Positions 58,389 through 64,000 of a DNA stretch of 64,000 bases are shown piece after piece. The first letter of the stretch is position 1. Every line of letters starts with the position of its first letter. Both the position numbers and the translations under genes were made by a program. This DNA is from Candidatus Woesebacteria bacterium RBG_16_42_24 (lineage in GTDB: Bacteria; Patescibacteriota; Microgenomatia; UBA8517): the NCBI GenBank assembly GCA_001792115.1, contig MGFX01000001.1, forward strand, positions 304,705-368,704, in the 5' to 3' direction. The notes beneath the pieces were generated by a model. It was not told the origin of the DNA and did no database searches. It worked only from the letters and a program-made list of their open reading frames with translations.

Positions 58389-58459
58389 CTGGGAGGCTTG
58401 GATTCGAACCAGGATTCTACGCTCCAGAGGCGTATGTCCTACCGTTAGACGACCTCCCA
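58389..58459 (-). tRNA. tRNA-Gln (anticodon CUG)
   Basis: Hand-folded on the minus strand. Acceptor UGGGAGG/CCUCCCA (U1:A72, G73 as in bacterial tRNA-Gln), D stem GUCU/GGAC, anticodon stem UACGC/GCGUA with loop CUCUGGA, T arm CCUGG-UUCGAAU-CCAAG (one C-A mismatch). Confidence 0.65.
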
Positions 58460-58648
58460 GCTCAAGTCCCAGCGATGGCCGGCGGGCCCGCAATGACAGT
58501 GAAATTATACCAGAAAATGAGGCTATTTGCTTACAAACAAAATCACCCGCCCACCAGAATTGCTACGCAATACGATGCGGGACTTCTCCGCTCATGGTGA
58601 GTGTAAACGAACCATTGACATTTAAATTTAATATCCTAAAATCTGGCC

Positions 58649-59203
58649 ATGCTAGCTGAAATACGAAATGGGGATTTGACTGGCTTATTGCAGCGAAGGG
58701 CTGAGTCGCAAAGTCAAGCAGCCAGAGAGAAAGACTTTAGACAACAAGTATACGAAAGAATTAAGGGCGTTTTAAGCAAGGCAGAGAAAATATTGAATAA
58801 CTTTTCTGTTGTTCCCCCCGAGAGGGGAGGCGACCCCGGTCGTGTTTCACAGCCGCACCGTTTAAGCCCCCCAGTTTCTTTTACAAATGAAAATCAAGTA
58901 GTACAAGTGAGACTTAGGGAGTTGGTGCAAGGCCACGGTTACAAAACCAGACGCTACTTGATGGACCCCGATCATGCCGAAGAGGCTCGTTCGAGGTATG
59001 GCGTACGTGTTGAGCTGGTTGATGATTCTCTTCCCCAAGGAGATAGAATCCTTTTTGATCTACACCCCCACATGATTAAGACTTGGGATGGCAGACAACT
59101 GCAATGGAGGAAAGGCGAAGCTCCCGACCTTCATGAGATTGAAGTAGTAGAGATGCTTGTTGAACAGATAGGGAAGAAACTTCCTACACCTCAAAGGGTT
59201 TGA
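58649..59203 (+). CDS. hypothetical protein
   Basis: 184 aa. Moderately GC-rich. No motif recognised. Confidence 0.35.
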   Translation: MLAEIRNGDLTGLLQRRAESQSQAAREKDFRQQVYERIKGVLSKAEKILNNFSVVPPERGGDPGRVSQPHRLSPPVSFTNENQVVQVRLRELVQGHGYKTRRYLMDPDHAEEARSRYGVRVELVDDSLPQGDRILFDLHPHMIKTWDGRQLQWRKGEAPDLHEIEVVEMLVEQIGKKLPTPQRV

Positions 59204-59210
59204 TTCTCTT

Positions 59211-60416
59211 TTACTTCCCCACAAAAAGAATTACATTCGGTAAGTCTCTTCCGGGGCCGACTTTATAACCCCCGCTCCATAATGCCGTCGAGCCGCCGTC
59301 GTCCAGATTCAGTGCGTTTTCCATACCCAAGGTTTTCATAACTCGGGCCGATTCTGCGACTGTTGCGGAGTGGACAACTCCTATATAGATAGTGTTTCCT
59401 TTATTGGCCACAAAACTTCTATTTCCTTTGCTCCCTTTTTTGGGGTCGTCGTCCCCGCCGAAGGATATATTTCCGCCTGAAACCAAAAGCGGGTAATTGG
59501 AAAGCATGCTGTCGATTCCCGTATCCCTGCCCCATTGTGAAGCTGCACCAACAAAACGAATATAACCGCTTCCAAAAATTACGGCCGGATTATTTGAATA
59601 GACATTGTTGTCCGAATTAAAGTAAGTTTTATTTTTGTTCATGACAAGAAGGTCAAAAGAGTTGGTTTTACCGGCACAAGAGGGATAGGTGGCCGGACAA
59701 AAATAGGATCCGTTGACTCCAGCATAAGCACCACTTCTTGAAACATAAGTGGCCAAGGGGAGAACGGGGCAATTATCAGTGCAGGTTCCATCCGATGCCG
59801 TATCGACAATTACTTTCGTCGAACCTAAGTCAGCGGCGATGAGGGAAACCATAAAGACTCCTGCGTCGGAGGAAACTTGCTGTCGGGAATAGCCTGAGCC
59901 CGGTGGCGCATTAGATGTCGGAATATTTTGCGGGACTACCACAACTACGGCCGCAAGTTTTGCCTCTTCTTCGTCGATTTGTTTATTTAAACTGGCTAAA
60001 GTGGTTGATGCCTCGGGGTAATTTTGTTTGGAAAGAAGGACCAAGCTTTTGGTAAAAAGCTCATCTAAATCTTCTGTATCGTCGGTCGATTCCTTTAGTT
60101 TCAGAAGTTCCTCATAAGTAGAAACCGCAGAGGAATAGGTAGTTTCAATATTTTTAATATTATCTTTAAGCTCGAGATTGATTTTTACTTGGTCTTGATT
60201 TTTTATCTCATTGAGCTCCGAGGAGGTTTTTGAGAGTTCTTCCGTTAGGGTAGCTTTTTCTTTTTGGAGGTTCGCCAGGGAATTTCCTAAAGTTACGGTT
60301 TTATAGCCCAAAAAACCTATTGTGGCTAGAACAGCAACCCCCAAAATCTTCAATGGGATTTTGGGAAAAGGAGGTGTAGGAAGCGTGATATTCGGCAGCT
60401 TGAAATTTAACTTCAC
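59211..60416 (-). CDS. membrane-anchored phosphodiester glycosidase family protein (NAGPA/DUF2233-like)
   Basis: N-terminal TM helix, a coiled coil, and a C-terminal domain with the LNLDGGGSTALW motif. Confidence 0.65.
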   Translation of the reverse strand: MKLNFKLPNITLPTPPFPKIPLKILGVAVLATIGFLGYKTVTLGNSLANLQKEKATLTEELSKTSSELNEIKNQDQVKINLELKDNIKNIETTYSSAVSTYEELLKLKESTDDTEDLDELFTKSLVLLSKQNYPEASTTLASLNKQIDEEEAKLAAVVVVVPQNIPTSNAPPGSGYSRQQVSSDAGVFMVSLIAADLGSTKVIVDTASDGTCTDNCPVLPLATYVSRSGAYAGVNGSYFCPATYPSCAGKTNSFDLLVMNKNKTYFNSDNNVYSNNPAVIFGSGYIRFVGAASQWGRDTGIDSMLSNYPLLVSGGNISFGGDDDPKKGSKGNRSFVANKGNTIYIGVVHSATVAESARVMKTLGMENALNLDDGGSTALWSGGYKVGPGRDLPNVILFVGK

Positions 60417-60496
60417 ACTCTAAATCTTACACAAAAAATATGAAAGTGGAAAGATTGATTATTATGGGGTGAAAGAGTATACTTTCCGAGCCTAGA

Positions 60497-61308
60497 TTGG
60501 GTGGGCGACCCGGTTTGGGTGAACATTTACACAGCTTCGAAATACAAATCCTTGATAAGGGAAAGGGAGATACAGCCGTGACAGCACAATCGGGTCGTTT
60601 CTCGAATGTCAGAACGAGGGCCGTACAGCTCTGGAAGGCTATCAAGATCGCAGGGGTTGTCGTGTTGGCTGGCTTTGCTCTTTTTGGGGCAGGGACGGCC
60701 TACGCCGAGACCCGACCTAAGGAACCCGTCGACCCGTATGCCCAGATCCGGCAGGTTTCAGGACTTGCCGTCGACATTGGGCAAGAGGGGAAACCCCTCG
60801 ATGGTGTGCCAGATCTTCTGGTTGTGGTCACCAGGGTGACAGGAGTTCTCGAGAACATCGATGACGGGACCTTCACTCTGCAAGTGGAAGCGGTGACCAT
60901 ACCCCCTTTACCATAGCACCGCCCGAACCGGTTGCTGAGTCCATCTCTGCCGCTGGCTCAACAGCTCAATCTGGAAATTACGTCCAGGTTCGGGTCTCGC
61001 ACTACTGGCCTCCATGGGGTCGGCGCAACTGCCTGATCTACATAGGGGATCCACCAAACGGTACTTGCGTGAGCAAGGTTTGGGAAGGAACCCAGGAGTG
61101 GGAGCAATGGGCGTTAGTTGGAATTGCCTGCCCAATGGAGTGGGAGCTTGGGACACGGCTTGTAATTGCCGGCCGTGAATGGACCTGCATGGACCATGGA
61201 GGAGCAACTGTCTACCAAGACGATATCCCGTGGATCGACATGCTGACCCCCGAGCTTCTATTTCCCCACGGAACAATCGTGGAAGCAACTATCTATCCGC
61301 CTAACTAA
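60497..61308 (+). pseudogene. 3D-domain (MltA-like) secreted protein gene apparently split by a frameshift
   Basis: ORF 60497-60916 (frame 2; TM helix/possible signal peptide IAGVVVLAGFALFGAGTAYA) ends at 60916. Frame 1 is open from 60865 with no ATG/GTG until GTG 61069. Frame 1 encodes ...VSHYWPPWGRRN...MDHGGATVYQDDIPWIDML, a 3D domain. GC-rich patch. Confidence 0.4.
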
Positions 61309-61393
61309 CGAAGCTGTCTCGCCCGGGGGCGAAATTGACCCAATACAGGTTGAAAGTAGCCCCCATCACGTTTCTTGTATACTTAAGTAGGTT

Positions 61394-62554
61394 GTGAGAA
61401 GTTTAATTATCTTCCTAATAATTTTATTGGTGGTTCTTACCGCAGGCTATTTTTTTGTAAAGAACAAGTTAGGCATTAACCCCCAGGTCGCTGTCTCCCT
61501 TATTAATCCTCCCAAAACTGAATATATAAAATTGGGTCCTCAAGGGGAGGATTTGCCGTTCCCGCTAACAGTTCCCGAAGGCTATCAAATTGGTGTTTTT
61601 GCAAAACTTGAAGGAGCCCTTCCTAGGGTTCTAGCTATTGATCCTGCCGGAGTACTATTTGCCTCGGTTCCGGCAAGAGGAAGAATACTGGTATTACCTG
61701 ATAAAGATAAAAACGGGATTGCAGATAACGTAATGGTAATTCTCTCCGGACTTAATAGTCCCCATGGAATAGCATTTGCCGACAATAGTTTGTACGTAGC
61801 CGAGACAGACAAGGTAGTAAGATACGAATACGACCAACAGAACTTTCTAACGGGAAGGCAAGAAACCCTTTTTACATTGCCAACAGGCGGAAGACATTTC
61901 ACCCGGACAATACGAATAATCGGTGGAAAGCTCTACACTTCAGTTGGGTCCCCTTGTGATACATGTCGCGAGAACGACGAGAAACGCGCTGCGATGCTTG
62001 TTTCCGATTTGGACGGCAAAAATTTAAGAGTGTATGCTCGGGGTTTAAGAAACACTGTTTTTTTTGTGGAGGGGGCGGGCGGGATTATCTGGGGGACAGA
62101 TATGGGAAGGGACTTTTTGGGTGATAATCTCCCCCCCGACGACATAAACATTATCGAGGATGGGAAAGATTACGGATGGCCATTCTGTTATGGAGATAAA
62201 ATTAGGGATTCTAAGTTTGAGCCGGGACAAAATGCCGATTACTGCTTAGGAACTACCCCTCCTGTATTTGCTCTCCCAGCCCACGTTGCCCCTTTGGGAC
62301 TAACTTTCATGGACGGGGACCTATTGGTTTCCCTGCACGGGTCTTGGAATTCGTCTGTTCCCGTCGGCTATAAGGTTGTGAGGTTGAATGTTGAGGGACG
62401 AAAAGTTTCAAATATGGAGGATTTTATAACCGGGTTTATTAAAGGGAGCAGCGTATCGGGAAGACCGGTAGACTTGATTGTTGACGGTGACGGGAGGCTT
62501 TTTGTTTCAGACGATAAAGCAGGCTTAATCTACGTGATAACCAAAACCGAATAA
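61394..62554 (+). CDS. PQQ-dependent/soluble aldose sugar dehydrogenase family (GSDH beta-propeller, YliI-like)
   Basis: N-terminal TM helix, then a propeller with LNSPHGIAFADNSLYVAETD, GGRHFTRTI, DGKDYGWPFCYGD and LHGSWN motifs. Confidence 0.7.
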   Translation: MRSLIIFLIILLVVLTAGYFFVKNKLGINPQVAVSLINPPKTEYIKLGPQGEDLPFPLTVPEGYQIGVFAKLEGALPRVLAIDPAGVLFASVPARGRILVLPDKDKNGIADNVMVILSGLNSPHGIAFADNSLYVAETDKVVRYEYDQQNFLTGRQETLFTLPTGGRHFTRTIRIIGGKLYTSVGSPCDTCRENDEKRAAMLVSDLDGKNLRVYARGLRNTVFFVEGAGGIIWGTDMGRDFLGDNLPPDDINIIEDGKDYGWPFCYGDKIRDSKFEPGQNADYCLGTTPPVFALPAHVAPLGLTFMDGDLLVSLHGSWNSSVPVGYKVVRLNVEGRKVSNMEDFITGFIKGSSVSGRPVDLIVDGDGRLFVSDDKAGLIYVITKTE

Positions 62555-63291
62555 TGGACATCCTCTCCGCGGCACTTTTGGGACTTATCCAGGGCTTAAC
62601 CGAATTTCTTCCGGTTTCCTCCTCGGGGCACTTGGTTTTAGCCCAAAGCTTGATTCCCGGATTCACCCAGCCGGGGGTACTTTTCGACGTGGTTTTACAC
62701 TTCGGAACGACTTTTGCCGTTTTATATTATTTTGCAAAAAAGATTCTTGCCTTAGACAGGAAATATTTGATTCTTCTTGCGATAGGAACAATACCCGCAG
62801 GACTTATCGGATACTTTTTTCAATCTCAACTCGAGGCAATGTTTGGAAACGTTAGTTGGGTGGCAATTGAACTTATCATTACCGGAATTCTAAACCTAAT
62901 AATTGATAAACTTCCGAGTAGGAAAGCCGTTATTTCAATTAAAAATTCTTTTCTAATAGGTGTCGCCCAGGCAGTTGCCATAATTCCGGGAATTTCCCGC
63001 TCGGGAGCAACCATTTTTACCGGAGTCAGTTTAGGAATAAGCAAAAGAGAGGCGGCAGAGTTTTCTTTCCTCCTGTCCGTCCCTGCAATTTTGGGCGCAA
63101 ACCTTCTTCAAATTATGACTCATGGATTTGATAACGGCATTGCCGTGAACTCCTATATGGTAGGACTTATCGTTTCTTTTATCGTAGGGCTAGCTTCAAT
63201 ATCGCTCGTTTTTAAATTTCTAGAGGAAGGCAAATTCAAGGTATTCGGAATTTACAGTATTCTTTTGGGAGCCTTGGTTTTGATTATTTAA
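62554..63291 (+). CDS. uppP: undecaprenyl-diphosphate phosphatase
   Basis: LIQGLTEFLPVSSSGHL motif and the PGISRSGATI motif. 245 aa with 8 TM helices. Confidence 0.9.
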   Translation: MDILSAALLGLIQGLTEFLPVSSSGHLVLAQSLIPGFTQPGVLFDVVLHFGTTFAVLYYFAKKILALDRKYLILLAIGTIPAGLIGYFFQSQLEAMFGNVSWVAIELIITGILNLIIDKLPSRKAVISIKNSFLIGVAQAVAIIPGISRSGATIFTGVSLGISKREAAEFSFLLSVPAILGANLLQIMTHGFDNGIAVNSYMVGLIVSFIVGLASISLVFKFLEEGKFKVFGIYSILLGALVLII

Positions 63292-63652
63292 GGAGACTAA
63301 TTAACTTGGGCAGAAAAAGAGCGACTCCGACGGCAACAGAGGTTATGGCTGAGACAAGTACCCCCGCTGCCATTACGTCTTTTGCCTTTTTAGCTAGTGG
63401 ATGAATCTCCGGATTTATTAGATTGAGGGTGTCCTCCAAAGAGGTATTAATAAGCTCAACCACCAAAACGAAGGAGATTGTAAAGAGAAGAAGTAGCCAC
63501 TCGGTAGCCGAAAATCCCAGAAACATGGCAAAAAGTAGAGTAAGTATTGCAATCCCCGAGTGGATTTTGAAATTTGGCTCATCGCGAAATGCGGTTTTAA
63601 TTCCCTCGAAAGCGTAGTAAAAACTCTTAAAAAATGAAGTTTGGGGTCTCAT
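63284..63652 (-). CDS. dgkA: diacylglycerol/undecaprenol kinase (DgkA family)
   Basis: 122 aa with 3 TM helices. Prokaryotic DAGK motif (ELINTSLE). Confidence 0.75.
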   Translation of the reverse strand: MRPQTSFFKSFYYAFEGIKTAFRDEPNFKIHSGIAILTLLFAMFLGFSATEWLLLLFTISFVLVVELINTSLEDTLNLINPEIHPLAKKAKDVMAAGVLVSAITSVAVGVALFLPKLISLLK

Positions 63653-63709
63653 ATCTAAAGTATAAGAGAGAGTTCATAGGAAGGCAAAAGTTGTGGTACG
63701 ATTAGCTAA

Positions 63710-64000
63710 TGGCCAAGCGAAAGCTCTTTGCTCCCTTTTTAATATTACTTTTGGCGGCGGTACTTTTTGCGATAAGTATTCTAGTTGGATCCGCCAGAAA
63801 AACTGCGAGGACTGCCATGGCTTGTACAACCTCTGATTTTTCAGGAAATTTCGAAACAACCGATTCTTTGGCGATTTTTGAAGGGAAACGATTTGGAGTT
63901 CCGAAAGATTTCGCGTCTTCCGAAACCGAACCTATCTTGGGAGTAACAGCCAATGGTGAGCGCTATATTGAGGTCGACCTTTCAGAACAAAAGTTACGTG
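63710..64000 (+). CDS. hypothetical membrane-anchored protein (5' part only; runs off the window)
   Basis: ATG at 63710, then a TM/signal segment (LFAPFLILLLAAVLFAISILVG). Open to the window end, so it is absent from the ORF track. Confidence 0.35.

Noticed and set aside
58389-58459. Reading the tRNA-like sequence on the plus strand
   Set aside because: A plus-strand reading puts the TTCGAA-containing arm at the 5' end with an ATTCGAA loop. Only the minus-strand reading gives a proper cloverleaf with a TUCGAAU T-loop, CUG anticodon and a tRNA-Gln-like U1:A72/G73.
1-64000. CRISPR arrays and cas genes
   Set aside because: No regularly spaced repeats of 24-48 nt with unique spacers were seen. 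The short A-rich repeats are irregular and spacer-less.

Overview
The window reads as a low-GC (about 40-43%) bacterial chromosome segment with the small-gene, compact layout typical of Candidate Phyla Radiation (Patescibacteria-like) genomes. No database search was possible, so this assignment is an inference. Core content: the tail of the ribosomal alpha operon (rpsK-rpsD-rpoA-rplQ), rplM-rpsI, a polyprenyl synthetase, recA-recX, RNase Y, HU, an ABC-2 transporter, miaA, an AI-2E transporter, RNase P RNA (rnpB), a complete type IV pilus gene cluster (pilB, pilC, minor pilins, a pilM-N fusion, pilO, a major pilin), a two-component pair, a WbaP-like sugar transferase, comM/yifB, dtd, an nth-like glycosylase, secDF, cca, recJ, rel, aspS, a D-Ala-D-Ala carboxypeptidase, gltX, uppP and dgkA. 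Two tRNAs are present, tRNA-Pro(GGG) on the plus strand and tRNA-Gln(CUG) on the minus strand, each next to apparently foreign DNA. Beside tRNA-Pro lie a 45-nt direct repeat, a pseudopilin-like gene and a GC-rich esterase. Beside tRNA-Gln lies a roughly 5 kb GC-heterogeneous island carrying an IS200/RAYT-family transposase with REP-like hairpins, a cupin, an SDR and small membrane proteins. The most unusual item is a translationally coupled two-gene module (27956-30414) immediately downstream of the major pilin: an unknown 362-aa protein plus a 457-aa protein with a ThiF/E1-like fold whose glycine-rich loop is degenerate. A second unusual pattern is a family of short A/T-rich repeats (CCAAATT / CTCAAAA type) that fills intergenic spacers and appears in-frame inside miaA, gltX and the rplM C-terminus. 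No CRISPR array was seen.
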